A stretch of 64,000 nucleotides of DNA. Origin: SAR324 cluster bacterium. Lineage in GTDB: Bacteria; SAR324; NAC60-12. The notes under the pieces are model-generated. The model did not search any database and was not told where the DNA came from. It worked only from the letters and a program-made list of their open reading frames with translations. How positions within the stretch are numbered: the first letter of the stretch is position 1; every line of letters starts with the position of its first letter. This document shows, piece by piece, positions 30,094 to 40,993 of the stretch. A program made the position numbers and the translations under genes. The stretch covers positions 147,870-211,869 of the forward strand of contig JADGAV010000009.1 of assembly GCA_015231825.1 (NCBI GenBank). Direction: 5' to 3'.

Positions 30094-31161
30094 ATTATGC
30101 ACAAAAAAGCAATTCCTTGGAAAATCCCGTCCGGAGTCCTTTTAGTCTCTTTGATTTTAATCGTGTCCGCCTGCGGAGGTGGTGGTGGCGGCGGAGCTGG
30201 GGATTCAGAGAGCATCGATATCAATGGCTCAGATGCTTTGCTCAGCAGCGGAGCAATACCTTTTGATGATGACAGTGCATCAGACACCGACGATTTGTCA
30301 ATCCTTGATGACGGCATTGATTCTTCTGACAGCATAAGCATAGATTCCGGGACGGTGAATTCCGTGAATGATGATAATGAAACAGGAACTGGGAACTCCT
30401 CGAACGCTTCCAGCTCCACAGGCTGCGGGGCGCCGACCGGTTTTTCAAAAAAAGTAGAAGTTTTAGGGCTCTGTGTTTTTTCGACTGCTACGGTTGCGGA
30501 TTCCAGGATTTTGCATGCAGCCAGGGTGCTGGCAGAATATTTGGACAATGACGAAAACGGGGTTGCCGATAACGCGACCCTGATTGCCAAATTGCTTGAA
30601 AGAAAAGCCTACATGGTCATGTTCCTTGATCAGTCGGAGCAGGATTCTTTTGCCGGTGAATTGACAGGGAACAGCCAGAATTTATTTGATCATGAAACTC
30701 ATCCTGAGGGTTCCAGCGAAGGCGATTTCGATGCGACTTTAGAAGAAGTCCTGCATTTAATTTCTCATGAAGGATTGGCAAACATTTATCCCGATGTGTT
30801 TGGAGAAAACAGTGGTACCAGCTTAACTGATGCTATGGATACGGCAAGAGGCGGGCATTTTGAGGAAATTCCAAGTACCTATCCTTCTTCTGCCTGGTTC
30901 ACTTACAACGACAGTACCTGTGATTATGCCTGTCAGGCAACGGAATATTTCTATTTTGCCTTGACGTCAATTTTAGGAGCTCAGGAATATGCAGGTCGAT
31001 ATGATAACATTTCTATCGAATGGAAGCTCAACACGAGGTCGAAAGTTCAGGCAGGTGATCCGACCATCTACAGTTTGCTGACAGACAATCGATACCAACT
31101 CCCGACTGTTGTTCCTGACGGGAAATACAACGGAGCGACCCTCACGATAGAGGCCCCCTAG
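30094..31161 (+). CDS. hypothetical lipoprotein with poly-Gly and acidic low-complexity linker
   Basis: Lipobox LVSLILIVSAC followed by GGGGGGGAG. Asp/Ser-rich linker, then a globular domain of unknown function containing HLISHEG. Confidence 0.45.
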   Translation: MMHKKAIPWKIPSGVLLVSLILIVSACGGGGGGGAGDSESIDINGSDALLSSGAIPFDDDSASDTDDLSILDDGIDSSDSISIDSGTVNSVNDDNETGTGNSSNASSSTGCGAPTGFSKKVEVLGLCVFSTATVADSRILHAARVLAEYLDNDENGVADNATLIAKLLERKAYMVMFLDQSEQDSFAGELTGNSQNLFDHETHPEGSSEGDFDATLEEVLHLISHEGLANIYPDVFGENSGTSLTDAMDTARGGHFEEIPSTYPSSAWFTYNDSTCDYACQATEYFYFALTSILGAQEYAGRYDNISIEWKLNTRSKVQAGDPTIYSLLTDNRYQLPTVVPDGKYNGATLTIEAP

Positions 31162-31216
31162 AGAAGACCGGCTTAGAGAAATCAATTCAATAAAATCCTG
31201 AATAATTCCTGTAGTG

Positions 31217-32332
31217 ATGGACACTCGCAAAATTATTCATGTTGACATGGATGCTTTCTATGCTTCCGTCGAAATTTTGGACAATCCCCAATTCAAAGGG
31301 CAGCCTTTGATTGTGGGAGGAAGTCCTGAAAATCGTGGTGTTGTGGCCGCTGCCAGTTATGAGGTCAGAAAGTATGGAGTCCACTCGGCAATGGCCTCCA
31401 GTCGGGCAAAACAGTTATGTCCCCATGCGGTTTTCATCAAGCCTCGATTTTCACGCTATAAAGACATTTCCAGCCAAATTCATCAAATTTTTCTGCAATA
31501 CACCGACCTTGTCGAAACTCTTGCCCTGGATGAAGCCTGGCTGGATGTGACACAAAACCTTCCGGAGGAGCCATCCGCGACGATTCTTGCCCAAAAAATT
31601 AAAACCCAAATTCTAGAAGAGGTCGGGTTGACATGTTCTGCAGGAGTTTCATTCAATAAATTTCTTGCGAAAATAGCATCGGACGAAAAAAAGCCGGATG
31701 GCTTGTTTGTCATTCAGCCCAAAAATGCAGTTTCCTTTTTACTTTCAATGGAGGTAAAAAAAATTCCCGGTGTAGGCAAGGTCACTGCCAAACATCTGGC
31801 TGAACATGGGATACTGGTGGGACATCAGCTCCATGAAAAAACAGAAAGTTTCCTGGTTCAGCATTTTGGAAAATTCGGTCGTGTGATGTATGAACGAATT
31901 CGTGGAATCGACCACAGACCCGTCAGCCCCGTTCGGGAGAGAAAGTCCATGAGCGTTGAAACTACGTTTTCCAAAGACTGGGTTTATGGAGCGACTCTTC
32001 TGAATGAGTTGGACAAATTGATAGAAAATTTATGGAAAAACTGCCAAAAACGTTCCTTGAATGGCAGAACGGTTACACTAAAAATAAAGTTTAATGACTT
32101 TCAGCAGATCACACGCAGTACCAGCGTGAATCAGGCCATCGCTTCCTCCGAAGAAATGTTTCAACTTTGCCAGCGCAAATTGGAGCGGGTCTGTCAGAAA
32201 GAGTATCTTCAGAAACCAATTCGATTGCTTGGAGTCGGAGTTTCAAATTTTGAGAAGGAGGGAGGACAGGAAGCCAAACAACTCGATTTTTTTGAATTGA
32301 TCGACCATTCGGATTCGACTGGGAACGGCTGA
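31217..32332 (+). CDS. dinB: DNA polymerase IV (Y-family)
   Basis: IIHVDMDAFYASVE, GQPLIVGG, SIDEAWLDV-like LALDEAWLDV. 371 aa. Start taken at ATG 31217 (the track start is GTG). Confidence 0.9.
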   Translation: MDTRKIIHVDMDAFYASVEILDNPQFKGQPLIVGGSPENRGVVAAASYEVRKYGVHSAMASSRAKQLCPHAVFIKPRFSRYKDISSQIHQIFLQYTDLVETLALDEAWLDVTQNLPEEPSATILAQKIKTQILEEVGLTCSAGVSFNKFLAKIASDEKKPDGLFVIQPKNAVSFLLSMEVKKIPGVGKVTAKHLAEHGILVGHQLHEKTESFLVQHFGKFGRVMYERIRGIDHRPVSPVRERKSMSVETTFSKDWVYGATLLNELDKLIENLWKNCQKRSLNGRTVTLKIKFNDFQQITRSTSVNQAIASSEEMFQLCQRKLERVCQKEYLQKPIRLLGVGVSNFEKEGGQEAKQLDFFELIDHSDSTGNG

Positions 32333-32348
32333 TGTGCTGGGCATCCAT

Positions 32349-33599
32349 TCAGTAATCCGGGGGTGAGTCGGCAGATGTCAACAAGAAAGTGCCCAGCAGG
32401 GAAAGTATAGACACGCTCAGAAAAGGGATCGTGTATCCATGGAAGAGATCATGGAGAACTCCCATCAGACCGGGGCCGATTGCGATCCCAATGCTGATCA
32501 GCATCCAACCGAATGAATAGATTCTACCATAATCCCTGAGTCCAAAGGAATCTGCAACGAGGAGGGGTTGGAGCATCAACAGATTCCCCATTGTCATTCC
32601 AAAAGCAACTGTCCCCAGAATTAGAATGTCTCCTGAAGTCCCGAATGCCAACACCGTTAAAGCAATTGCCTGGAGCAGCATCAATGCGACAATCAGCGAT
32701 CGAATACTGATATATCGATGAACGACCCATCCTCCGATCAATCTCGAAATGACACTGACTCCTGCTAAAACAGAAATAGCAGTGGCGGCCATTTCTCCAC
32801 TCACCCGGTCATTGACCACCTTGAATAAATGGGCAATCGCTCCGACTTGAGACATCATGATTACGATGAAACTGCTTATCATGATAATAAAGTACCTGCC
32901 GGCAATTGCTTTTTTGTAAGGAACTCCACGCTGAGTTTGATGATCAGAATTGATGTCTGATTTGAGTGCAGCACCATCCATCCCCATTTTTAAAAAGGCG
33001 GGTTCAGAGCGGACGAAAACGGCTGTGATCGGAAAAATTCCCAGAAAATAGATCACCCCGAACCAAAAAGTGGCTTTCTGCAGTCCCATCTCGTGAATCA
33101 TTTTTGCAGAAAGCGGAATCAAAATGACTCCCCCCACCGACAATCCTGTAGAAGCGATCGAGAGGGCAACGGCTCGCTTTTGATTGAACCAGTTGGCGAC
33201 AAGTGTGGTGCCGGGAACCAGAGAGGAAAACGAAAATCCCACTGCAAAAATAAAATACACGGTGTACAGCTGCCAGATTTCCCTGATAAATCCGATTGCC
33301 ACCAAACTGAAAGCTCCGACTATGGAACCGATCGTGATGGTAAAACGGGGGTCGTATTTTTTCATGAGGTTGGCCGCCAGGAGTCCGCTCATTCCACTGG
33401 TGATAAAAAACAGAGTGATGGCACTGGACGCATAGGTGACGGAAAATCCACGTTCAGCGATCAGGGCGGTCATAATTACGGAAAGATTGTAAAAACCCAA
33501 TCCGGAGGAAAACATCAGCATAACAAACACTGCAAGCACAACCTTCCATCCATAGTAGATCGAACCGGTGTGATCTCGCATCGAGTTTTGAAATTTCAT
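32349..33599 (-). CDS. MFS transporter
   Basis: 416 aa, 12 TM helices. Confidence 0.75.
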   Translation of the reverse strand: MKFQNSMRDHTGSIYYGWKVVLAVFVMLMFSSGLGFYNLSVIMTALIAERGFSVTYASSAITLFFITSGMSGLLAANLMKKYDPRFTITIGSIVGAFSLVAIGFIREIWQLYTVYFIFAVGFSFSSLVPGTTLVANWFNQKRAVALSIASTGLSVGGVILIPLSAKMIHEMGLQKATFWFGVIYFLGIFPITAVFVRSEPAFLKMGMDGAALKSDINSDHQTQRGVPYKKAIAGRYFIIMISSFIVIMMSQVGAIAHLFKVVNDRVSGEMAATAISVLAGVSVISRLIGGWVVHRYISIRSLIVALMLLQAIALTVLAFGTSGDILILGTVAFGMTMGNLLMLQPLLVADSFGLRDYGRIYSFGWMLISIGIAIGPGLMGVLHDLFHGYTIPFLSVSILSLLGTFLLTSADSPPDY

Positions 33600-33747
33600 C
33601 TATGTTCGAGCAAAAAAATTGGACGAATTCGCGAGGAACGTGTGAACTTTGTGGGGGATCCTCTAATGAGAAAGGGTCCTCAATTTGGAATTGAAACTCC
33701 CCCCTGTTCTAGCAGGGAGAGTTTCGGCAGGGGATTGATCCGCATTA

Positions 33748-34944
33748 TTATTCAGCACCGATGATGCAGACAGCAGCGACATTTTGGTGAGGTGCTCCTC
33801 CCAAATTATGAGTCATGCCCATAGAAGGCTGCCCCAGTTGACGCTGTTCTGCACGACCCTGGAGCTGCAGATACATTTCATACAGCATACGCAGTCCGGA
33901 TGCCCCGATCGGATGACCAAAACATTTCAACCCGCCGTCTATCTGACAGGGCACTTTACCATCCGCATCATAGAATCCATCCATCACGTCTTTTATTGCT
34001 CCTCCTTCCGGTGAAATGAAAAGATCTTCCATTGTCACCATTTCGGTGATGGAGAAACAATCGTGGACTTCAAACATGCTGACTTGCTCCCGAGGATTGT
34101 CAATGCCTGCTTCTTTATAGGCTTTTTTAGCCGCAATTCTGGTGGTATGAAAGTAGCTGCCGTCCCAGGAATTGTGTCCTGTTTCTGAGCCGCTGGACAA
34201 AGCCAGTTGCAGGGCCTTGACCGTGATCAGATTTGTTTTTCCCATAGATCTGGCGATCTCGGGCGTCGTGACAATGGCGCATGCGGAACCATCACTGACG
34301 CCGCAGCAATCAAACAAACCAAGGGGTTCAGCAATCATCGGAGCATTGATGACCTGCTCTTCAGTGACTGCTTTCTGCAAATGGGCTTTTGGGTTTTTTG
34401 CTCCATTGGCATGGCTCTTGACAGAAACATGTGCAATCGCTTTTTTTAAATCCTCCGCTTTGACATTGTGCTTTGCACGATAAGCGCTTGCCAATTGTGC
34501 GAAATTACCAGGTGCAGATCCCGTCGCTTGCCATTGGGGTGACAAGGTTCCGACACCACTGGCAGGCAATCCTCCGTAGCCGGTATCCTTAAGCTTTTCA
34601 ACCCCGAGTGCCAGCGCAATATCGCAGGCTCCGGAGGCAACAGCATAGACGGCACCCCGGAATGCTTCTGAACCGCTTGCGCAAAAATTTTCGACTCGGG
34701 TGACGGCAATATTGGGGAGCCGCAGGGCCATTGAGAGCGGAAGTCCCGATTTCCCAACGTGCACATCTTCTATGGCAGTTGAAAACCAGGCGGCATCCAG
34801 TTGTTTCGGTTCAATTCCAGCGTCCGACATGGCTTCCAAATACGCTTCCACCATCAATTCTTCAGCACCTGCATCCCATCTTTCCCCAAATTTTGAGCAT
34901 CCCATCCCCAGGATTGCCACTTTGTCTTTAATTCCAGTTGCCAT
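33748..34944 (-). CDS. SCP-x-type thiolase (acetyl-CoA C-acyltransferase / nonspecific lipid-transfer protein thiolase domain)
   Basis: Catalytic Cys region VENFCASGSEAF, C-terminal GHPIGASGLR and Cys-containing tail. 398 aa, typical of SCP-x/Ltp-type thiolases. Confidence 0.8.
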   Translation of the reverse strand: MATGIKDKVAILGMGCSKFGERWDAGAEELMVEAYLEAMSDAGIEPKQLDAAWFSTAIEDVHVGKSGLPLSMALRLPNIAVTRVENFCASGSEAFRGAVYAVASGACDIALALGVEKLKDTGYGGLPASGVGTLSPQWQATGSAPGNFAQLASAYRAKHNVKAEDLKKAIAHVSVKSHANGAKNPKAHLQKAVTEEQVINAPMIAEPLGLFDCCGVSDGSACAIVTTPEIARSMGKTNLITVKALQLALSSGSETGHNSWDGSYFHTTRIAAKKAYKEAGIDNPREQVSMFEVHDCFSITEMVTMEDLFISPEGGAIKDVMDGFYDADGKVPCQIDGGLKCFGHPIGASGLRMLYEMYLQLQGRAEQRQLGQPSMGMTHNLGGAPHQNVAAVCIIGAE

Positions 34945-34973
34945 TGTTGTTCTCCTTTTTTTAAATTGAAGAT

Positions 34974-36425
34974 TTATCGGATTGGCACCGCTTTCCAGAA
35001 ATAACGAACGAATCCACGACGTTCGTCAAAACCCTTGATTCTAAAAACCATTCTTACAGCGGTACCAACGTCAATTTCTCCCACTGCTACATCAGTAAAA
35101 TCTGTCATGAAGCGTCCTCCCTTGTCAAACACTATCATTCCATAATGTGAGGGGGGATCCATCGTATAAGTTAAATAATCTGCCGACCAGCTTTGAATTT
35201 TTGCGTTCTCATTGACAAAACTGTAAGGGTCTTGAGTATGTGGGGCCGCGCAGTCCGGGTTGACACAAACATCTTGCCGAGGAAACTGCGGACTGCCGCA
35301 TTGGCGGCATTTTCCTCCCACTAATCCAAGAATCATGTCTCGTCTGCGATAAAGAGTGGTCAATGCGGTTTTGTTATCTCGTTCTGCCCGCATGCCATAT
35401 TCTTTGTCAATCAGTCTGTTAAACGCGAGGAACCGGTTGTAATTGGATTCCTCCTGACGATTGGCCAGAGACCCCCGGATACCGTTTGGTTTGCTCATTT
35501 TTGCCAGGTGTTCAGTCACCCGGAATATGAGCACATCACAACCCTGCCCAAAACTGGCGACCATGATCAATTGCCCTGCACGGACGTCTTCCTCCATGCG
35601 ATTCAACAGCATGATTAAAGGATGAGCAACTCCGGTATCTCCGCATGTTTGTGCCAAATTGTCGCAGAGGATTTCACTTGAAATTCCTGCTGCTTTCGCA
35701 GCGGTCTCAGCGGCCCTGCCGATGGTGGCGGGTAAAACAAAATGATTGATTGCCTCTGCAGGAAGATTTGTTTTTGCCAGAGCTTGCGCGATGGTTGGAG
35801 GAATAATTTTTTTATACCCTTCATCTCGAATCCAACGCTCTTCCCAGTTGTAATCAAATTGCTGCCCTTCTCCCTTAAAATGATCTACAAAATCTACAGT
35901 TGTGCTATGTCCGCCCAAATATTCCAAAATCACATGCTCGGTTCCAATTGTCACTGCGGCGGCACCGTCTCCAAACGCCAGTTCCTGTGTGCTGGATGGT
36001 CTGGTCTTACGATGATCTGAAGCAACAACCAAAGCGTTTTGATAGCTTCCCCCTTTTACCGCAGCAAGAGCCTGCATCAAGGCCGAGGTTCCCGCCCTTT
36101 GCGATGAGCCGATGTCGAGTGAAGCAATGTCCTGCCCCAAGCTTAAAGCTTCCACAATTATTCCTGCATTTTGACGATCCACAAAGGGCATACTGGTTGA
36201 GGCAAAATATATTGCATCTGGAGATTTGAGACTGATCGGAGCAATGCAGTCCCGTGCGGCTTCCACTCCCATTGTAACGGAATCTTCATCCCAATTGCAC
36301 ATCGATCGTTCGAATTTTGCCTTTCCACGTAATGACGGGTCTGCCCAGGAATGTGCGTCTACAATTGATTTGCGCAAGAGACGCAAGCGTGGAATATAAC
36401 CACCAAAAGAGGTAATTCCTACCAT
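34974..36425 (-). CDS. HMG-CoA-synthase-like condensing-enzyme domain fused to a DUF35 OB-fold/zinc-ribbon domain
   Basis: N-terminus MVGITSFGGYIPRLRL...DEDSVTMGVEAAR resembles archaeal HMGCS. C-terminus CRQCGSPQFPRQDVCVNPDCAAP plus an OB-fold region is DUF35-like. The position of the catalytic Cys appears to read SSQRAGTSAL. Confidence 0.65.
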   Translation of the reverse strand: MVGITSFGGYIPRLRLLRKSIVDAHSWADPSLRGKAKFERSMCNWDEDSVTMGVEAARDCIAPISLKSPDAIYFASTSMPFVDRQNAGIIVEALSLGQDIASLDIGSSQRAGTSALMQALAAVKGGSYQNALVVASDHRKTRPSSTQELAFGDGAAAVTIGTEHVILEYLGGHSTTVDFVDHFKGEGQQFDYNWEERWIRDEGYKKIIPPTIAQALAKTNLPAEAINHFVLPATIGRAAETAAKAAGISSEILCDNLAQTCGDTGVAHPLIMLLNRMEEDVRAGQLIMVASFGQGCDVLIFRVTEHLAKMSKPNGIRGSLANRQEESNYNRFLAFNRLIDKEYGMRAERDNKTALTTLYRRRDMILGLVGGKCRQCGSPQFPRQDVCVNPDCAAPHTQDPYSFVNENAKIQSWSADYLTYTMDPPSHYGMIVFDKGGRFMTDFTDVAVGEIDVGTAVRMVFRIKGFDERRGFVRYFWKAVPIR

Positions 36426-36882
36426 AACAACTTTTCCTCCTCTATTTCTAGATTGCTCGCAATTGCGAATTGATTAGGGATACTTGAGGTTGTTTCCTGT
36501 TTTTCGTAAAATGACTGTCAGCATTGTTCCAATCGGTGTTTTGGGGTCACCGGGTGAGGTCGTAGTAATTCATGGAAAGAGAACTCGATGCGGCTTGCCA
36601 CCCTTTTGGTTCAGATTTGGAAAACTGTTTCTCGTAGTGATGATCAGTTTATTTGTTCTCTTGTAAGATTCGTGATTTTGAACAATTTTGCAAGGGAAAT
36701 CGATGAACCGGACCCTGTCGATACGGCTTTTTTGGGAATCAAAGATAAATTTGAAATTTGCCCGGGATCGTTCTAGTTTAAAGCTCGCATTAAAATAACA
36801 GGTTTCATGGATGGGATCCGGGAGTAAGATGCGTTTCAAACGATGTCCTGAAACAGTTTGATGGATTTTTTCCTGATCAGCA

Positions 36883-37914
36883 TTGAGGATGAAAATGGCA
36901 AAAAAGACAATTGAAGTAGCCGGACCTTTTTTCGAAGATTTTGAGCATGAACAGCTGATGGAACAGGCACCTTCGCTAACCATTAGCTCAGGATATGCAG
37001 TAATGTATCAAAGCCTGTTTGGCGACCGGTTGCGCTTACCCCTGGATCGGGAACTCTGTAAAAAAATACTCGGCAGCGAAGCCACTTTGGTCAATCCTCA
37101 TCTTCTTTATAACCTGGTGACAGGACAAACGACCTATGCTTCTCAAAACGTCAAAGGCAATTTATTTTACCGCGGCCTGGTTTTCAAGAAACCGGTTTTC
37201 ATTGGTGACACGCTGAACACGAATACCAAAGTACGGGCTCTCCGGCAAAATAGACACAAAGAAGGACGTCCTGCGACCGGGATGGTTGTTCTGGAAATTC
37301 AGGTCGTCAATCAGTTTCAGGAAGAAGTGATGTTCTTTTGGAGATGTCCGATGATTCCCTGCCGGGATCCCAATGCCGACACAGGGCATGCGGATTCGTT
37401 TGATTCCATTCCTTCCGAAATCAATCTGGAGGCAGTCAAGAAAATGATTCCTTCTCATTGGAAACTTGACCGATTTCAGCAAGACTGTTCAGGAGATCAT
37501 TTTGCGCAGATTGCCGAAGAAACAATCTATAAAATTGCTGCGAGGGACACGGTCACCTCGGCTCCGGAATTGGTCCGGATGACCTTGAATATGGCCACGA
37601 CCCATACGGATGCCGGCGCCAGCACCTACAAAAGGCGTTTGGTCTATGGAGGCCACACCATCTCCGTCGCCGCCGCTCAGATCGTCAGGGCTCTTCCCAA
37701 TACTGTCACCGTGATGGCATGGAAGGCCTGCAGTCACACGGCTCCTGTTTTTGAAGGTGATATTTTGCGTACCGAAATGTCTGTGGGTAAAAAACATGCT
37801 CTTGAAAAAAACGGAGGTTTGGTGGAACTTCATGCAGAGGTATATGCAAATCGGGAAGAAGAAACGGATGAAGTCAAAGTTCTGGATTGGGAATTGATCG
37901 TTTTGATGGCTTGA
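36883..37914 (+). CDS. MaoC-like (R-specific) enoyl-CoA hydratase, probable double hot-dog
   Basis: 343 aa, twice a single hot-dog. Hot-dog hydratase-type segments in both halves. Sits in an acyl-CoA gene cluster. Confidence 0.65.
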   Translation: MRMKMAKKTIEVAGPFFEDFEHEQLMEQAPSLTISSGYAVMYQSLFGDRLRLPLDRELCKKILGSEATLVNPHLLYNLVTGQTTYASQNVKGNLFYRGLVFKKPVFIGDTLNTNTKVRALRQNRHKEGRPATGMVVLEIQVVNQFQEEVMFFWRCPMIPCRDPNADTGHADSFDSIPSEINLEAVKKMIPSHWKLDRFQQDCSGDHFAQIAEETIYKIAARDTVTSAPELVRMTLNMATTHTDAGASTYKRRLVYGGHTISVAAAQIVRALPNTVTVMAWKACSHTAPVFEGDILRTEMSVGKKHALEKNGGLVELHAEVYANREEETDEVKVLDWELIVLMA

Positions 37915-37918
37915 TTCA

Positions 37919-39151
37919 GTGGAGTTGAAACAAATAGAGGGATTTATGAATGGAATATTGAATGGAATGCGGGTTGTAGAAGGTTCGGCTTTTGTTGCAG
38001 CCCCTTCTGGAGGAATGACGCTGGCTTCATTGGGGGCAGATGTGATTCGCTTTGATCTGCCTGGAGGAGGGTTGGACTATAAACGATGGCCCGTTGCAAA
38101 AAGCGGTCAAAGTCTTTACTGGGCAGGACTGAACAAGGGCAAACGTTCCATCACCGTTGATTTTCGTACCCCGAAGGGACAGGAAATTCTGACGGCGTTG
38201 ATTTGTTCTGAAGGAGAAAACAAAGGTCTTTTTCTCACAAATTTTCCGGCAAAAGGGTGGTTGGACTACGAAAACTTAAAAAAGCGTCGCTCGGATCTGA
38301 TCATGCTCAACGTGAAAGGAGACCGGCACGGGGGATCTCAGGTGGATTATACCGTCAATCCGCGAGTAGGGTTTCCCACAGCAACGGGGTTTGAAGACTC
38401 AGAACCGGTCAATCATATGCTGCCTGCCTGGGATCTGATTACGGGTCAAATGGGGGCTGTCGGCCTGCTGGCTGCTGAACGCCATCGACGATTGACGGGG
38501 CAGGGGCAGCTGATCAATCTCCCGCTGGCCGATGTGGCAATGGCGACATTGGGGAATCTGGGAATTATTGGAGAAGTGATGATCAACAAGGAAGATCGAC
38601 CGCGCTACGGAAACTTCATGTATGGTGCTTTTGGAAAAGATTTTGAAACAAAAGATGGAAAGCGGATCATGATCATTGCCATTTCTCTCAGGCAATGGAG
38701 TGGTTTATGCCGTGCTACGGATTCGACGGAGGAAATGGAAGGCTTAAGCCGGCGCTTGAAGCTTGATTTCAGAGAAGAAGGGAATCGCTTCCTGGCACGG
38801 GAATCCATTGCGGCTCTGCTCATCCCCTGGATGAAAAGTCATGATTTGCAGGAAATTGAAAAAGTGTTTGAAGCGAACGGAGTTTGTTGGGGACCCTATC
38901 AGACCTTTCGGGAATTTGTTGAATCCGATCCTGAATGTACGGTTGAAAACCCCCTCTTTAAGAAGGTTAATCAACCAGGCATCGGGGACTATCTTGTTCC
39001 CGGTTATCCTGTTGATTTTTCCGCTGTTCCGCGAGTAGAACCCGGCCCGGCCCCTGAGCTTGGAGCCGATACCGACGAGGTATTGTCTATCGAGTTGGGG
39101 CTCTCTGACAGCGAAATCGGGAAACTCCATGATCAGAAAATTGTCGTGTAA
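37919..39151 (+). CDS. family III CoA-transferase (CaiB/BaiF/alpha-methylacyl-CoA racemase family)
   Basis: N-terminal GMRVVEGSAFVAAPSGGMTLASLGADVIRFD motif typical of CoA-transferase family III. 410 aa. Confidence 0.85.
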   Translation: MELKQIEGFMNGILNGMRVVEGSAFVAAPSGGMTLASLGADVIRFDLPGGGLDYKRWPVAKSGQSLYWAGLNKGKRSITVDFRTPKGQEILTALICSEGENKGLFLTNFPAKGWLDYENLKKRRSDLIMLNVKGDRHGGSQVDYTVNPRVGFPTATGFEDSEPVNHMLPAWDLITGQMGAVGLLAAERHRRLTGQGQLINLPLADVAMATLGNLGIIGEVMINKEDRPRYGNFMYGAFGKDFETKDGKRIMIIAISLRQWSGLCRATDSTEEMEGLSRRLKLDFREEGNRFLARESIAALLIPWMKSHDLQEIEKVFEANGVCWGPYQTFREFVESDPECTVENPLFKKVNQPGIGDYLVPGYPVDFSAVPRVEPGPAPELGADTDEVLSIELGLSDSEIGKLHDQKIVV

Positions 39152-39196
39152 TAAATTTTAGAAAAAAATAAATCTGTCCCGTTTTTTCTACTATTT

Positions 39197-40891
39197 TTGA
39201 GGAATCAAATGGAAATTTCAAATCGAGTCGGAGAAGCTCAGAAAGTACTTGGGCAGGGGCGTAATCTTCTGCAGTCCTGTTGGAGTACCGTCAAAAATCA
39301 TTGTTTGATCAATGGCAGGATCTCTTCATCCAGGTTGGATGAATTTCAACTGGTCTGTTATGAACTTGCCCTGTCAACTGCTGAGATCACCGGTGCTGAA
39401 CTGTTGTTGGAGTATGCCCAAAGACTTCGCAGCAAAGCGTCGAACCCCGGCGCGGAAATGATGCTGGAAGAGAAGATCGCTTTTACTTTTTGTTCTGAAA
39501 TCCTGCACTCGGTTCGCAGCAGGCTCGCAGCTAGAAAAGCGGATTTCGGCTTGTCTTCAACGACTTTGAATACTGCCCTTTATTCGCAGGAAACGGAAAA
39601 TTTTTGCGACCGCTATCTGAGATCCCAAAGCTTGGAGGAACTCGGGAGGTCTCTGCTGGAACTGGATGGAAGAACAGGAGACTCTCTTTTGGATGAAGAG
39701 AAAACAATCATGGTGGAAAGCTTCCGGAAATTTGCAGAAAAAGTTGTCGTTCCTCTGGCGGAAGAAATTCATCGGAAAGATCTGATCATTCCGGATGAAA
39801 TAATAAATCCCTTGATCGAATTGGGTTGTTTCGGGCTTTCAATTCCCATGAAGTATGAGGGGATTCAGGCAGATGATCAGGAAGACAACCTGGGGATGAT
39901 TGTCGTTACCGAAGAACTTTCCAGAGCGTCTCTGGGAGCGGCAGGGAGTTTGATCACTCGTCCGGAAATAATGGCAAAATCTCTGCTCAGAGGAGGAACT
40001 GAAGAGCAAAAACAGGACTGGCTGCCAAAGCTCGCTGCAGGCGATCCGCTATGTGCAATTGCGATCACGGAACCGGATTTCGGTTCCGATGTGGCTTCCA
40101 TTCAATTGAAGGCGTCAAAAACTGAAGGAGGATGGCTCCTGCAGGGAGAAAAGACATGGTGTACTTTTGGAGGAAAAGCCGGTGTCCTGCTGACTTTGGC
40201 CAGAACCAACCCGGATATGAGTTTGGGGCACCGGGGATTGAGCTTGTTTATAGTGGAAAAACCCAGCAGCGACGGCCATGAATTCAACTTCACCCAAAAG
40301 GAAGGAGGAAGCATCAGCGGAAAAGCAATCCCCACTTTAGGCTATCGCGGAATGCACTCTTTCAATGTTTTTTTTGATGATTACTTTGTTCCGGATTCCG
40401 GATTACTGGGAGAAGAAGCAGGTGAAGGAAAAGGATTTTATTTCACGATGGCCGGGTTTTCCGGCGGCAGAATCCAAACCGCCTCAAGGGCGAACGGCTT
40501 GATGCAGGCAGCCTATGAACAGGCACTGGAATATGCAAAAAATCGAAAAATCTTTGGAAAACCACTTTCCAATTATCAATTGACCCTGGTCAAACTGGCG
40601 AAAATGGCCTGCCTGCTTACTGCGTCCCGTCAATTCACCTATTCTGTCGGGCGCCTGCTGGATTCGGGCAACGGACAAATGGAAGCCAGCATGGTGAAAT
40701 TGTTTGCCTGCAAATCTGCGGAATGGATTTGCCGTGAAGCCACTCAAATTCATGGTGGCTTGGGGTATGCAGAAGAAACTCCAGTCAGCCGTTATTTTGT
40801 CGATTCCCGCGTGCTCTCTATCTTTGAAGGAGCGGAAGAAACGCTAGCCTTGAAGGTGATTGCCAAAACTATGATTGAGCAGGCGGACTAA
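39197..40891 (+). CDS. acyl-CoA dehydrogenase with N-terminal extension
   Basis: ACAD middle and C-terminal domains (GSDVASIQL, catalytic region YAEETPVSRYFVDSRVLSIFEGAEE). 564 aa. Confidence 0.8.
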   Translation: MRNQMEISNRVGEAQKVLGQGRNLLQSCWSTVKNHCLINGRISSSRLDEFQLVCYELALSTAEITGAELLLEYAQRLRSKASNPGAEMMLEEKIAFTFCSEILHSVRSRLAARKADFGLSSTTLNTALYSQETENFCDRYLRSQSLEELGRSLLELDGRTGDSLLDEEKTIMVESFRKFAEKVVVPLAEEIHRKDLIIPDEIINPLIELGCFGLSIPMKYEGIQADDQEDNLGMIVVTEELSRASLGAAGSLITRPEIMAKSLLRGGTEEQKQDWLPKLAAGDPLCAIAITEPDFGSDVASIQLKASKTEGGWLLQGEKTWCTFGGKAGVLLTLARTNPDMSLGHRGLSLFIVEKPSSDGHEFNFTQKEGGSISGKAIPTLGYRGMHSFNVFFDDYFVPDSGLLGEEAGEGKGFYFTMAGFSGGRIQTASRANGLMQAAYEQALEYAKNRKIFGKPLSNYQLTLVKLAKMACLLTASRQFTYSVGRLLDSGNGQMEASMVKLFACKSAEWICREATQIHGGLGYAEETPVSRYFVDSRVLSIFEGAEETLALKVIAKTMIEQAD

Positions 40892-40993
40892 AATTTTTTT
40901 TGGTATAGTCCGCAAATTCCTGTTTTCCGATTAAAATTTATTGCAAACCGATTTTTCAGGCTGCCTTTAATTCCAAAAAAGCTATTTATTCAC

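Noticed and set aside
33093-33764. 223-aa plus-strand ORF rich in His/Gly/Lys
   Set aside because: Antisense to the MFS transporter gene. Low-complexity composition typical of shadow ORFs.
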